Assembly: GCA_963702425.1 (NCBI GenBank)
Contig: CAVPCQ010000020.1
Coordinates: 64,001 to 128,000, forward strand
DNA from: an uncultured Acidobacteriota bacterium
Lineage (GTDB): Bacteria > Acidobacteriota > Polarisedimenticolia > J045
Reading direction: 5' to 3'
DNA: 64,000 bases
The notes beneath the pieces were generated by a model. It was given only the letters and a program-made list of their open reading frames with translations, was not told the origin of the DNA and made no database searches. The position numbers and the translations under genes were made by a program. Shown here in pieces: positions 9,678 to 19,997 of this stretch; within the stretch, counting starts at the first letter, position 1; every line of letters begins with the position of its first letter.

Positions 9678-10834
9678 CGCTGCGCTCCGTCTTCGAGCCC
9701 GGCGGCGAGCTCGTGGAACGCGATCCGCCACGATCGGATTGGCAGGTCGCGCCAGTCGGGGTGGACCGCGTTGGCTAGCAGCACGGCGACGAGCGGCCGC
9801 TCGGGGTCGACGAAAACCGACGCGCCCGTGAACCCGACGTGGCCGATCGCGCCCGGCCCGAACGCATCCCCGGCCGGCGCCTTGGGCGCGATCGCGGACT
9901 GGAATCCGAGGGTGTACGCATCGCTCGCATTCATGACGCGCGGTGTCAGGAACCGGTTGACGACGGGTGCGGAGAACAGAGGGAGCGCCCCGCAGCAGGC
10001 CGAAACCAGGCGGAAGACGGCGCGCGCCGTGCCGAAGAGGCCCGCGTGACCGGCGACCCCCCCGAGGAGCGCCGCGTTGCCGTCGTGCACCACGCCCCGC
10101 AGCGGCGCGGAAGGGCCCGGGACGAGTTCCTCGCCCGGTCCCGCCTGGCCGGCCAGTTCCGCCTCCCGCCGGCGCCCGCGTTCCGTCGGCGCGACGCGAG
10201 CGAGACCCGTCAACGGGAGCGGGCCGAAGGCACAATCCGCGGGGCCGAGCCCGAGCGGCGCACGCACGAGCCGCGCGAACAAGGCATCGAGCCGCTCATC
10301 CCCAGCCCGCTCGCACGCCACCCCGGCGACGATCGCCCCGAGATCCGAGTAGCGCGGGCCGCGCTCGCCGGCGCGTCCCGCGGGCGCGAGGCCCGCGATC
10401 GCCGAGGCCACGCCGTCTCTCGACACTTCCGGCAACAGCCGGTAGAGCGGCCGCCAGGCCGGGAAGCCGGCGTCATGCGCCAGCAGCGACGCCAGGCTTG
10501 GCGTGCGCCCCGCGTAGTTCTCGAGTTCCGGGAGCAGGTCGTCGAGCGGCGCCTCGAGATCGACCCGGCCGAGTTCCGCCAGCCGCGCCGCGACCGCTGC
10601 GGTCACGAGCGGCTTGGTCAGACTGGCCAGGTCGTAGAGCGCCTCACCTTCGGCCGGGAGCGGCTCCTCGGCCGGACTCAGCGCGAGGCAGCCGGCGGCA
10701 CCCGACCAGCGGGGCTCCTCGCCCGGCGGCCCGACCGCCCAGGCACAACCGGGCCAGTCGCCGCGCGTGGCGTGCGATCGGGCCCAGGCGTCGAGGCCCG
10801 GGTGCCCCGCAGTTCCGGGGGCGGCGGCGGTCAT
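9674..10834 (-). CDS. Serine hydrolase, beta-lactamase/class C family (AmiE-like)
   Basis: YDLASLTK (SxxK), LLAHDAG, YSDLG, GVVHDGNA..GGVAGHAGLF, GHVGFTG. Confidence 0.88.
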   Translation of the reverse strand: MTAAAPGTAGHPGLDAWARSHATRGDWPGCAWAVGPPGEEPRWSGAAGCLALSPAEEPLPAEGEALYDLASLTKPLVTAAVAARLAELGRVDLEAPLDDLLPELENYAGRTPSLASLLAHDAGFPAWRPLYRLLPEVSRDGVASAIAGLAPAGRAGERGPRYSDLGAIVAGVACERAGDERLDALFARLVRAPLGLGPADCAFGPLPLTGLARVAPTERGRRREAELAGQAGPGEELVPGPSAPLRGVVHDGNAALLGGVAGHAGLFGTARAVFRLVSACCGALPLFSAPVVNRFLTPRVMNASDAYTLGFQSAIAPKAPAGDAFGPGAIGHVGFTGASVFVDPERPLVAVLLANAVHPDWRDLPIRSWRIAFHELAAGLEDGAQR

Positions 10835-10923
10835 CGAGCGCTCCTCACCGTCGGCTCGGTCCGTCTCTCCAGGAGCCCAGCCGGCACACCGGCGGGGCGG
10901 CCCGCGGCGTGGGCGGCGCGGGG

Positions 10924-11739
10924 TCAGGCCTCAGGGCTGTCCCCGAGCCGGATCGGAATCACGCCGCGGGGCGAGTTGCGGACGAACTCGACCATCTGGC
11001 GCACCTCGGGCACCTGGCCCCATCGCGACTCGACCTCCGCCAGCGCCTGCTCGCGGCGCAGCTGCGGGCTGAAAATGCGTCGGACCGCCTGGTCCAGCGC
11101 CTCGATCAGTTCCTTCGCGAAGCCCCTGCGGATGAGACCGATCTTGTTCACGCCGAAGCAGTGTGCGCGGTTCCCGACCGTCGTGCAAAACGGCATCGCG
11201 TCACGCGTGATGACCGAGTAGCCGCCGATGAAGGCGTGCGGGCCGACCCGACAGAACTGGTGCACCCCGGAGAAGGCCCCGACAGTGGCGTAGTCCCCGA
11301 CCTCGATGTGTCCACCCAGCGTCGCGCCGTTGACGAACAGGACGCCGTCTCCGATCTGGCAGTCGTGTGCGATGTGCGTGCCGACCATGAACAGGCCGTT
11401 GCTGCCGATCCGGGTCACGTTCCCGCCGTGCTCGCTGCCGCGGTGGATCGTGCAGCTCTCGCGGAAGGTGTTCTGGTCGCCGATCACCAGCTCGCTCGGC
11501 TCGCCGCGATACTTGAGGTCCTGGGGACGGACCCCGATCGTGGTGTAGGGCCCGACGATGTTCCCTTTCCCCATCGTGGTCCGGCCGTCCACGATCGCGT
11601 GGGGGCCGACCCAGCAGTCGTCGCCGATCACCGCCTCGGGCCCGATCATCGCGAACGGGGCCACGGTCACCCGCTCCCCCAGGCGCGCGTCGGGATGGAC
11701 GACCGCCCGCGGATCGATCCCCTTGATCCACTCGATCAT
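10924..11739 (-). CDS. lpxA: UDP-N-acetylglucosamine acyltransferase
   Basis: Hexapeptide repeats, [20 protein letters not shown]; ATG 11739 overlaps fabZ stop. Confidence 0.96.
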   Translation of the reverse strand: MIEWIKGIDPRAVVHPDARLGERVTVAPFAMIGPEAVIGDDCWVGPHAIVDGRTTMGKGNIVGPYTTIGVRPQDLKYRGEPSELVIGDQNTFRESCTIHRGSEHGGNVTRIGSNGLFMVGTHIAHDCQIGDGVLFVNGATLGGHIEVGDYATVGAFSGVHQFCRVGPHAFIGGYSVITRDAMPFCTTVGNRAHCFGVNKIGLIRRGFAKELIEALDQAVRRIFSPQLRREQALAEVESRWGQVPEVRQMVEFVRNSPRGVIPIRLGDSPEA

Positions 11740-12191
11740 CGCGCCGCCTCCTTCCGGTCGAGCATGTGCGAACGGATGATCGCTTCCGCGACGATCTCGG
11801 TGCCGACCTTGGCGATCGCCTTCATCTTCGCGGCGCGCGGGCGCAGCTGGAGCACGTCGATCTCCAGCCGCAGCACGTCGCCGGGCCCCACCGGCCGGCG
11901 GAACCTTGCCTCGTCGATGCCGGTGAAGTAGACCAGCCGCTCCTTCCGCTCCGGGACTTCGTGCAGCACGAGCACCGCCGCCGTCTGCGCCAGCGCTTCG
12001 ATGATCAGCACCCCGGGCATCACCGGGACCCCGGGAAAGTGCCCCTGGAAGTAGGGCTCGTTCACCGAGACGCACTTGAGACCGACGATCCGCTTGCGCG
12101 GCTCGAGTTCGACGATCCGGTCGACGAGGAGAAACGGGTAGCGGTGCGGCAGGAGTTCGAGGATCTTCTGGATGTCGAACACCGTCTTCAC
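11736..12191 (-). CDS. fabZ: 3-hydroxyacyl-ACP dehydratase
   Basis: [36 protein letters not shown]. Confidence 0.97.
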   Translation of the reverse strand: MKTVFDIQKILELLPHRYPFLLVDRIVELEPRKRIVGLKCVSVNEPYFQGHFPGVPVMPGVLIIEALAQTAAVLVLHEVPERKERLVYFTGIDEARFRRPVGPGDVLRLEIDVLQLRPRAAKMKAIAKVGTEIVAEAIIRSHMLDRKEAAR

Positions 12192-13234
12192 TCTTGCTCT
12201 CCTTCCGGCGGGCCGGCACCGCCCATCACGCGGCGCCACAGTTCGGGGAGACGCGCCTGGATCGCCACCATCCGGCGCCAACGCCGCATCGGCAGCGCGG
12301 GGATGCCGGCCACGACCTCGCCGCCCGCGAGATCGCTCAGCACCGCCGACTTGGCGGCGACGATCGCGTGGTCTCCCACGACCCGGTGGTCGGCGACGCC
12401 CGACTGGCCTCCCATGAGCACGCCGCGGCCGAGGCGGGAGCTGCCGGCGACGCCGCTCTGCGCAGCGATCATCGAGTCCGGCCCGACCTCGACGTTGTGC
12501 GCGATCTGGACCAGGTTGTCGAGCCGGGACCGATCGCCGAGGCGCGTCTCCCCGAACGTCGCCCGGTCGATCGTCGCATTCGCCCCGACCTCGCAGTCCT
12601 CACCGATCACGACCCGACCGAGGTGAGGCACGCGCAGCGCCCGCCCGGCCTCGTCGAATGCGTGGCCGAATCCCGGCGCCCCGATCACCGCCCCCGCGAG
12701 CAGCGTCGTGCGCGCGCCGACGATGGTCCGGGGGTAGATCACCACCCGCGGATGCAGCGTGACGTCGTCGCCCAGCTCGACCTCGTCGAGCAGCACGCTT
12801 CCGGCCCCGACCAGGACGCGGTCACCGAGCTGGCAGCGGTCGCCGATCACGGCGCAGGGACCGACCGAGACCTCCACACCGAACGCGACCCCGTCGCCGA
12901 CGACGGCGGTCGGGTGAACGCCGGCAGCCGGCCGGAGCTGGGGGTGGAGCAGGGCGATCGCGCGGGCGAACGCCGCCTTCGGCGCCTTCGCCAGGAGCAG
13001 GGGGCGCCCCGGCAGGTCGGCGGCGGCCTCCTCCGGGACGATCAGCGCCCCGGCGCGCGAGTCCCGGGCCCGACCGGCGTATTTCCGGTCGTAGAGCGCA
13101 ACGAGTTCGTCGGGCCCCGCCCCCTCCAGGTCGGCGGCACCAACGATCCGGACCCCCTCCGGGCCCCGGTAGGTCGCACCGAGGGCCTTGGCAAGGTCGG
13201 CAGCGCGCCAGGGCCGGGAGGAGGGAGGGATCAC
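12188..13234 (-). CDS. lpxD: UDP-3-O-acyl-glucosamine N-acyltransferase
   Basis: Hexapeptide repeats, [26 protein letters not shown]; GTG overlaps skp stop. Confidence 0.95.
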   Translation of the reverse strand: MIPPSSRPWRAADLAKALGATYRGPEGVRIVGAADLEGAGPDELVALYDRKYAGRARDSRAGALIVPEEAAADLPGRPLLLAKAPKAAFARAIALLHPQLRPAAGVHPTAVVGDGVAFGVEVSVGPCAVIGDRCQLGDRVLVGAGSVLLDEVELGDDVTLHPRVVIYPRTIVGARTTLLAGAVIGAPGFGHAFDEAGRALRVPHLGRVVIGEDCEVGANATIDRATFGETRLGDRSRLDNLVQIAHNVEVGPDSMIAAQSGVAGSSRLGRGVLMGGQSGVADHRVVGDHAIVAAKSAVLSDLAGGEVVAGIPALPMRRWRRMVAIQARLPELWRRVMGGAGPPEGEQE

Positions 13235-13791
13235 TTCGCGCCGGCCGCCGGAGCCGTCGCCGGCTTCGCGGCGTCGATCACCTTGATCAGATCGTCGGTC
13301 ACGTCGATCGACGGCGAGTAGTACGGGGCGACCTCGGTCGGCAGCAGGATGGTGTAGCCCTTGTCCTTGCCGTACCCACCGACCGCGGCGAGCACCGCAC
13401 GCTGCCACTGCTGCTGCGCCTGCTCGGCCTCGAGCTGCAACTCGCGCGAGGCGGACTTCTGCATCCCCTCCAGCTCGAGCTGCTTGCGCTCGATCTGCAT
13501 CAGCAGGTCCTTGCGCTTGTCCTCCGAGATGCTGACCGCACCGGCTGCGAACTGGTCCTGCAGCTTCTTGAGGTCCCCCTGGGTCTTCTCCAGCTCGCCG
13601 CGCTTCTTCTCCTGCAGCGCGTTGAGACGGGCCTGAATCCGCGCGCCTTCCGCGGTCTCCTGGGTGATGCGCTGCGGGTCGAAGACCCCGATCTTCAGCG
13701 CGGTCTGCGCATCGGCCGGCAGGGAGGCCAGCGCGAAGACGGCCGAGAGGGCGAGACCCAACGCGAGCGGGACGAGCTTCCTGGCGGTCAT
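13231..13791 (-). CDS. skp: Skp/OmpH periplasmic chaperone
   Basis: Signal peptide, KIGVFD, coiled coil, C-terminal IDVTDDLIK; upstream of lpxD. Confidence 0.9.
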   Translation of the reverse strand: MTARKLVPLALGLALSAVFALASLPADAQTALKIGVFDPQRITQETAEGARIQARLNALQEKKRGELEKTQGDLKKLQDQFAAGAVSISEDKRKDLLMQIERKQLELEGMQKSASRELQLEAEQAQQQWQRAVLAAVGGYGKDKGYTILLPTEVAPYYSPSIDVTDDLIKVIDAAKPATAPAAGAK

Positions 13792-13961
13792 GAATCGCTC
13801 CTTTGCGGAATCCGGGAAGAGGCGGACGCCGGCCGGGGCCGGCGGCGGCGGCCAAACGGCGGGATTCTAGCCCGAAACCGGGCCGCGCGCGGCACGCCGC
13901 CGCCGGGCGGGCCCGGCGGGACCGCCGCGGACCGCCCGGGAACGGCGTGGAAACCTCGCCG

Positions 13962-16397
13962 CTAGACGGTCGTCAGCGCGTTGCGGAAGGCCAGCTGGCC
14001 GTCCTCGCCGACGAGGATCTCGATCCCGCCCTGGCCCTGGATCTGGCCCTCGAAGATCTTCTCGGAGATCCGGTCCTCGATGTGGCGCTGGATTGCGCGC
14101 CGCAGCGGCCGGGCCCCCAGACGGCGGTCGGAGCAGGTGTTGTCGACCAGCCAGCGGAAGACCTCGGGGCGGGCCGTGAGGCGAATCCCCTTGTCGGCGA
14201 GCACCCCGTTGAGTTGCTCGATCATCAGGGACGAGATCGTCATCAGGTCCTCGTCCGACAGCGGATCGAAGACGATGATCTCGTCGATCCGGTTGATGAA
14301 CTCCGGGAGCAGCCGCTGGCGGACCACGGCGAGCACCTGGTCCTTGGTGTCCTTGACGGTCTCGGCCCACTTGGACGAGCCGAATCCCAGCCGTGCCTTG
14401 TTCGCCAGTTCCGACGAGCCGAGGTTGCTGGTCATGATGATGATCGTGTTCTTGAAGTCGATCAAGTCGCCGTAGGCGTCGGTGATCTGCCCGTCGTCGA
14501 GCACCTGCAGCAGGATATTCAGGACGTCGTCGTGGGCCTTCTCGATCTCGTCGAGCAGGAGGACCGAGTAAGGCTGGCGCTTGATGCGCTTGGTGAGCTG
14601 GCCCCCTTCCTCGTGGCCGACGTAGCCGGGGGGCGAGCCGATCATCTTCGCCACCGCGTGCTTCTCCATGTATTCGGACATGTCGAAGCGCACCATCGAC
14701 TTCTCTTCGCCGAAGAGGAACTCGGCCAGGGTCTTGGCGAGCTCCGTCTTCCCGACGCCGGTCGGGCCGAGGAAGACGAACGATCCGACCGGCCGGCGCG
14801 GGCTCTTGAGCCCGGCTCGCGAGCGGCGGATCGCCTTGGAGAGCGCCTGGATCGCGTCGTGCTGCCCGACGACCCGCTGGTGGAGGTACTCCTCCATGTG
14901 CAGCAAGCGATCCATCTCCTCTGCCTGCACGCGGGTCACCGGGATCCCGGTCCACTTGGCGATCACTTCCTCGACGTCCGCCCGGTCGACCTCGATCGGC
15001 GTCGCCGCCTCGCGCTCGGCCTGGTTGCGCAGCGCGTCGGCCTTCTCGCGTAGCGCGACCTCCTTGTCGTGCCAGGTCACGGCTTCATCGAAGTCCTTGC
15101 GCGCCAGCGCGGCCTTCATCCCCTCGACCGCGCGCTGGATCTCGCGCTCGACGTCGCGCAGCGCCCGGTACGATGTGCGCTTGCGCAGCTTGGCCCAGGC
15201 CCCGGCCTCGTCGATCACGTCGATCGCCTTGTCCGGCAGGAAGCGGTCCGTGATGTACCGGTTGGACTGGTAGACCGAAGCCCGGACCGCCTCGTCGGTG
15301 AAGGTCACGCCGTGGAAGCGCTCGTAGCGCTCCTTGATCCCCATCAGCACACCGATCGTCTCGTCCTCGCTCGGCGGGTGGACGTTGATCGGCTGGAAGC
15401 GGCGGACCAGCGCCCGGTCGCGCTCGATGTGCTTGTGGTAGTCGCGCGGCGTCGTGGCCCCGATGCACTGGACCTCGCCGCGCGACAGCGTCGGCTTGAG
15501 GATGTTCGCCGCGTCGAGCGAGCCCTCGGCCGACCCGGCGCCGATCAGCGTGTGGATCTCGTCGATGAAGAGGATCACGTCGCGGGCCGAAATCAGCTCC
15601 TGGATGATCCCCTTCAGGCGTTCTTCGAACTGGCCGCGGTACTTGGTGCCGGCGACGACCAGCGACAGGTCGAGCGCCAGGATCCGTTTCCCGGTCAGGG
15701 ACGGTGGCACGTCGCCGCCGACGATCCGCGTCGCGAGACCCTCCACGATCGCGGTCTTCCCGACGCCCGGCTCGCCCAGGAGCACCGGGTTGTTCTTGCG
15801 CCGGCGCGAGAGGACCTGGATCACTCGCTCGAGTTCGATCTCGCGCCCGATCAGCGGGTCGAAGCCGCCCTCGCGGGCGATCTTCGTCATGTCGCGACTG
15901 AACTCGTCGAGGAATGGCGTCTCCTTCTTTTTGCCCGGCGCCTTCCCCTGCGCCACGGCGCGCCGCTTGGCGAGGTTGATCACGTCCTCGCGCACGGTGT
16001 AGAGCCGCATCCCACGCTCGGCCAGGATTCGTCCCGCCGGTGCGTCGTCGACCCGGATCAGCCCCAGCAGCAGGTGCTCGACGTCAACCGCCGGCGACAT
16101 CAGGCCGCGCGATTCCTCCTGGGCGCACTCGAGCACCCGGCGCGCGTCCTCGGCGAACGGGATGTCGACGCCGCGCGAACCCTGCAGCAGGCTGCCCTGC
16201 CGCGTCTCCATCTCGGTCCGCAGCAGGTCGACCGACAGGTTCGAGCGGTGGAAGAGCTCCCGCACGAAGGGGTCGTCCTCGCGCAGCAGCCCGATCAGGA
16301 CGTGCTCGGTCCCGATCACCGCGGCGCCGCGCTGCGTCGCCTCGTAGCGGGCCAGGAAGAGCACGCGCTTCGCCTTCTCCGTGAACTGTTCGATCAT
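13962..16397 (-). CDS. clpC: ATP-dependent Clp protease ATP-binding subunit (ClpC-type)
   Basis: Clp_N domain, two AAA modules (GEPGVGKT; GPTGVGKT), UVR-like middle helix, LGF ClpP-docking loop. Confidence 0.93.
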   Translation of the reverse strand: MIEQFTEKAKRVLFLARYEATQRGAAVIGTEHVLIGLLREDDPFVRELFHRSNLSVDLLRTEMETRQGSLLQGSRGVDIPFAEDARRVLECAQEESRGLMSPAVDVEHLLLGLIRVDDAPAGRILAERGMRLYTVREDVINLAKRRAVAQGKAPGKKKETPFLDEFSRDMTKIAREGGFDPLIGREIELERVIQVLSRRRKNNPVLLGEPGVGKTAIVEGLATRIVGGDVPPSLTGKRILALDLSLVVAGTKYRGQFEERLKGIIQELISARDVILFIDEIHTLIGAGSAEGSLDAANILKPTLSRGEVQCIGATTPRDYHKHIERDRALVRRFQPINVHPPSEDETIGVLMGIKERYERFHGVTFTDEAVRASVYQSNRYITDRFLPDKAIDVIDEAGAWAKLRKRTSYRALRDVEREIQRAVEGMKAALARKDFDEAVTWHDKEVALREKADALRNQAEREAATPIEVDRADVEEVIAKWTGIPVTRVQAEEMDRLLHMEEYLHQRVVGQHDAIQALSKAIRRSRAGLKSPRRPVGSFVFLGPTGVGKTELAKTLAEFLFGEEKSMVRFDMSEYMEKHAVAKMIGSPPGYVGHEEGGQLTKRIKRQPYSVLLLDEIEKAHDDVLNILLQVLDDGQITDAYGDLIDFKNTIIIMTSNLGSSELANKARLGFGSSKWAETVKDTKDQVLAVVRQRLLPEFINRIDEIIVFDPLSDEDLMTISSLMIEQLNGVLADKGIRLTARPEVFRWLVDNTCSDRRLGARPLRRAIQRHIEDRISEKIFEGQIQGQGGIEILVGEDGQLAFRNALTTV

Positions 16398-16415
16398 CGC
16401 GTCACCCGGGCGCCG

Positions 16416-17138
16416 TCACGGCGGGAGGAGGACGCCGCCGCCCTCCACACTGGAAGCGTACAACCGACCATCGTCCAGGCGCACGACCCGATCGCAGCGC
16501 GATGCCAGCCGGGCGCTGTGGGTCGCGACCAGGAGCGCGAACCGCTGGCGCCGCTGGAGCGCGAAGAGCGCGTCCAGGACCCGGTCGCCGGTCTTCGGGT
16601 CGAGATTCCCGGTGGGCTCGTCGGCGAGCACCACCGCCGGCTGACCGAACAACGCCCGGGCCACCGCCACCCGCTGCTGCTCGCCCCCTGAGAGCTCGTC
16701 CGGGAAGTGCTCTGCGCGGGGCGTGAGTCCCATCTGTTCAAGGAGTTGGCGTGCCCTGTCGAGCGATTCGCGCCGCGGTCGGCCGGCCACGAGACCGGCG
16801 AGCGCGACATTCTCGACCGCCGAGAACTCGGGAAGGAGCCCATGAAACTGGAAGATGAACCCCACTTCCGCGCGGCGCCACCGGGCCCGCTCCGCGGGCT
16901 CCCGGGGCAGCTCCAGGCCGCGGCAGCGCAGGGCCCCCCCGTCGGGCCGATCGAGGGCCCCGATCAGGTTCAGGAGGGTCGTCTTCCCGGTGCCGGACTC
17001 CCCCTGGATCGCCACACTTTCGCCTTCCCGGACCGTCAGGTCGACGCCGTCGAGGACGCGCACCGTGTCTCCCCCGCCGGCCCGTCGGTAGCTCTTGGCG
17101 AGGCCCTTCGCCTCGACGACGAACGCGCCGTCACTCAT
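16416..17138 (-). CDS. lolD: Lipoprotein-releasing ABC transporter ATPase
   Basis: GESGTGKT, GFIFQFHGLLPEFSAVENV, LSGGEQQR, LADEPTGNLD. Confidence 0.9.
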   Translation of the reverse strand: MSDGAFVVEAKGLAKSYRRAGGGDTVRVLDGVDLTVREGESVAIQGESGTGKTTLLNLIGALDRPDGGALRCRGLELPREPAERARWRRAEVGFIFQFHGLLPEFSAVENVALAGLVAGRPRRESLDRARQLLEQMGLTPRAEHFPDELSGGEQQRVAVARALFGQPAVVLADEPTGNLDPKTGDRVLDALFALQRRQRFALLVATHSARLASRCDRVVRLDDGRLYASSVEGGGVLLPP

Positions 17139-18405
17139 GACGCAGCGACTCCACCGGGTCGAGCCGCGCCGCGCGCCACGCCGGGTAGAGCGTCGCGATC
17201 AGCGCCACGACGACCGCCGTGCCGACGACGGCCGCGAGGTCGCCCGGACGGACGGTGAACGGCAGGTGGTCGAGGTAGTAGACGCTCGGGTCGAGCTTGA
17301 TCAGCTCGAATCGATCGAAGAGGAAGGTCAGGCCCACGCCGAGGAGGGCGCCGAGCAGCGTCCCCAGGACCCCCATCGACAGCCCCTGCAGCACGAAGAT
17401 CCGCATCACGCCGCCCGGCGTGGCGCCAAGCGCGACCAGCACTCCGATCTCGCGCCGCTTCTGGGTGACGGTCAGCACCAGCGTGCTGACGACCCCCAGC
17501 GCCGCGACGACGACGATCAACCCCACGGCGAAGAACATCAGCAGCTTCTCGAGCCGCAGCGCTGCGAAGAACGGGCGGTTGTGCTCGAGGATCGAGCTGA
17601 CGAAGAACCCGCCGCCCGACTCCGGCGCCGCGAGTGCGCGGCTCACCGCCTGCTGTGTCTCCTTCAGGTCGGCCAGGTCCCTCGTCCGCACCGCCAGCCG
17701 GTGCACCCCGGTCCCGGTGCCCCAGATCTCCTGCGCGGTCGCCAGCGGCACGAACGACCAGTTCAGGTCGTAGTCGTGGAATCCGGTCGCGAAGACCCCG
17801 ACGACCTCGAAGGTCGGCGTGCGGACCGAGACACCCCAGGGCGAAATCCGGGGCCGCGGAACCATGACCCGCACGACGTCCCCGACCGAGACGCCGAGGC
17901 GCGTCGCCATCTCGCGGCCGATCACGATCCCCGGCCGCCCGGACGGACCCGTCGCCGAAAGCGCGTCGAGCGAGCCTTCCTCGACGTTCTTCGCGACGTC
18001 GGTCACCTCGCGGCTCAGCGTCGGATCGATCCCGGACAGCGAGGTCCACTGAATCTCCCCGCCCGGGGCGACGATCCCGCCGTACCCCTGGACCACCGGC
18101 TCGGAGGCCGCAACCCCCGGAACTGCCGCCAGCAGCGCACGCGCCGCCCCGGGATCCTCGATCGTGCGCGTCGCGTTGACCGGGAAAACGATGAGGTGCG
18201 CGTTGGCCCCGAGGATGCGGCGCACGACGTCCTCCTGGAAGCCCGTCATGAGCGCCAGCGCGACGATCAGGGACGCCACGCCGACCAAGAACCCGAGCGC
18301 CGAGAGCAGCGAGATCAGGGAGAGGAATCCCTGCCTCCGGGCCAGCACGAAGCGGCGCGCGATGAACGGAGCGTAGGGTTCGCCGCGCGCATCCTCAGCG
18401 TGCAC
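17131..18405 (-). CDS. lolC: Lipoprotein-releasing ABC transporter permease (LolC/E)
   Basis: FLSLISLLS..ALIVALALMTGF, REIGVLVALGA, YPAWRAARLDPVESLRHE; adjacent to lolD. Confidence 0.9.
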   Translation of the reverse strand: MHAEDARGEPYAPFIARRFVLARRQGFLSLISLLSALGFLVGVASLIVALALMTGFQEDVVRRILGANAHLIVFPVNATRTIEDPGAARALLAAVPGVAASEPVVQGYGGIVAPGGEIQWTSLSGIDPTLSREVTDVAKNVEEGSLDALSATGPSGRPGIVIGREMATRLGVSVGDVVRVMVPRPRISPWGVSVRTPTFEVVGVFATGFHDYDLNWSFVPLATAQEIWGTGTGVHRLAVRTRDLADLKETQQAVSRALAAPESGGGFFVSSILEHNRPFFAALRLEKLLMFFAVGLIVVVAALGVVSTLVLTVTQKRREIGVLVALGATPGGVMRIFVLQGLSMGVLGTLLGALLGVGLTFLFDRFELIKLDPSVYYLDHLPFTVRPGDLAAVVGTAVVVALIATLYPAWRAARLDPVESLRHE

Positions 18406-19198
18406 GCTTGGCCACCCATTGTCCGCGGGGGATTCCCCCCTGGACCAGCTCGTAGCCCTGCCAGGTGCCGCGGATGCGCGTCCCGTCAGGGTCCAGCACG
18501 CCCTCGATCTCCGCGTCGCGGCCGCGCTCGGCGTCGATCCGCTGCAGGAAGAGCTTGCCGTTGACGAACGTCCCCTGCAGGCTCCCGCTCCCGTAGGACC
18601 CGAGCCGGTACTGCCCGGTCACGAGCGTGCCCGACTGGTCGAGGAAGAAGGTCCCCTGCACCCCGGCAGGCATCCAGGTCACGTCCCAGGCCCCGGTCAG
18701 CACCTCTTCCTGCATCGGGAGCCGCGTCCTGAGGTCCGCCACGCGCCGGGCCAGCGCGTCGCGCTCGCCGAGCATCCGGCGCAGGTCGAGCAGCCGCGCG
18801 TCGGCCTCCGCCCGGACCACGTCGACACGCGACCTGGCGGCCAGCAGTTCGCGGTACAGCAGCGTCAGAGACGACGCGGTGACCTCGCGCGCGCGCACCG
18901 CCTCGCGATCGAGCCGGTCCTGGGCCGCGACCAGCTCCTGGTCCGCGGCCGCACGCTCGAGCGCCACCTGGCGGTACTGGCGCGCCGCCTCGTTGATCAT
19001 GTCCTGGACGAGGCGTGCCCGCTCTTCCAGACCGGCGAGCGCGACCCCGATTTTGTGCGACTCGAGCGGGTTCGGCTCCTCCGCGCGCGCTGTTCCGGCC
19101 CCTTCCTCCTCGACCGCCCCGGTGACCGGCACGAGGGGAATGAACAGGGCCAGGGCCAGCCCCAGCCGCAGCGCCGTGCGGTCACGCACGCTCATCAT
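18395..19198 (-). CDS. Secreted hypothetical protein (coiled coil plus C-terminal beta domain)
   Basis: Signal-like N-terminus, heptad-rich helix of about 120 aa, beta-rich LTGAWDVTW...GTWQ domain; overlaps both neighbours. Confidence 0.7.
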   Translation of the reverse strand: MMSVRDRTALRLGLALALFIPLVPVTGAVEEEGAGTARAEEPNPLESHKIGVALAGLEERARLVQDMINEAARQYRQVALERAAADQELVAAQDRLDREAVRAREVTASSLTLLYRELLAARSRVDVVRAEADARLLDLRRMLGERDALARRVADLRTRLPMQEEVLTGAWDVTWMPAGVQGTFFLDQSGTLVTGQYRLGSYGSGSLQGTFVNGKLFLQRIDAERGRDAEIEGVLDPDGTRIRGTWQGYELVQGGIPRGQWVAKRAR

Positions 19199-19997
19199 CG
19201 CCGTCTCCCGCGGGGATCGTCCCGTGGCGATCGTAGTCTCGCGCCGGCCCGTGCGGCAAGCCGGCGAACCGCCGCCGGACGACGCCGACGAGCGGCGAGA
19301 GGACGTAGCCGGCGATCAGCGCCGGGACCATCCACTCGCCGAGCGCGACGAATCCGGCCAGGATCAGCGCCCAGCCCGCCAGCACCCGGTACGGTCGCAG
19401 TCCGAAGCGCAGGTCCTTGAAGGAGCGGTAGCGGATCTTGCTCACCATCAGCAGGCCCGCGAGCGCGACCAGCGCCGCAAAGAGCGGCACGTACTCCCGC
19501 GGGATCCGCTCCCCCTCGGTGATCAGCGCTGGGCAGACCGCGATCGCCGCCGCGGTCGGGCTGGGCAGCCCGATGAAGTAACGCGGGTCCTGCATCCCGG
19601 CGGAGAACCGGGCCAGCCGGATCACCCCGCAGGCGGTGAACAGGAAGGCCGTTGCCCATCCGACGCGGTGCAGCCCGTCGAGGCCGGCGAAGAAGGCAAA
19701 CAGGGAGGGTGCCACCGCGAACGAGATCCCGTCCGCGATCGAGTCCAACTGCTCGCCGAACTCGCTCGTCGTGCCCGTCATGCGGGCGATCCGGCCGTCG
19801 AGCCCGTCGAGCACGGTCGCACCCAGCACGAGCAGCGCGGCCACGGCGAGGTGCCCCTGGGCAGCCATGATGATCGACGCGAAGCCGGCGAGGACGTTGC
19901 CCAGCGTCAGCATGCCCGGGAGCCAGCCGGCGACGCCGCGCAGGCGTGTCCCGATGGGGTGCGGCGAGTGATGGGGGCGGCGGGGCGGCGCGGTCAC
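19182..19997 (-). CDS. pssA: CDP-diacylglycerol--serine O-phosphatidyltransferase
   Basis: CDP-alcohol motif DGLDGRIAR..SEFGEQLDSIADGISF, IRLARF, FIGLPSP; follows psd. Confidence 0.92.
   Translation of the reverse strand: MTAPPRRPHHSPHPIGTRLRGVAGWLPGMLTLGNVLAGFASIIMAAQGHLAVAALLVLGATVLDGLDGRIARMTGTTSEFGEQLDSIADGISFAVAPSLFAFFAGLDGLHRVGWATAFLFTACGVIRLARFSAGMQDPRYFIGLPSPTAAAIAVCPALITEGERIPREYVPLFAALVALAGLLMVSKIRYRSFKDLRFGLRPYRVLAGWALILAGFVALGEWMVPALIAGYVLSPLVGVVRRRFAGLPHGPARDYDRHGTIPAGDGDDERA

Noticed and set aside
9674-10834. Antibiotic-resistance beta-lactamase
   Set aside because: No signal peptide, and YSD plus HDGNA/GHAGLF motifs fit AmiE/esterase-like hydrolases rather than AmpC
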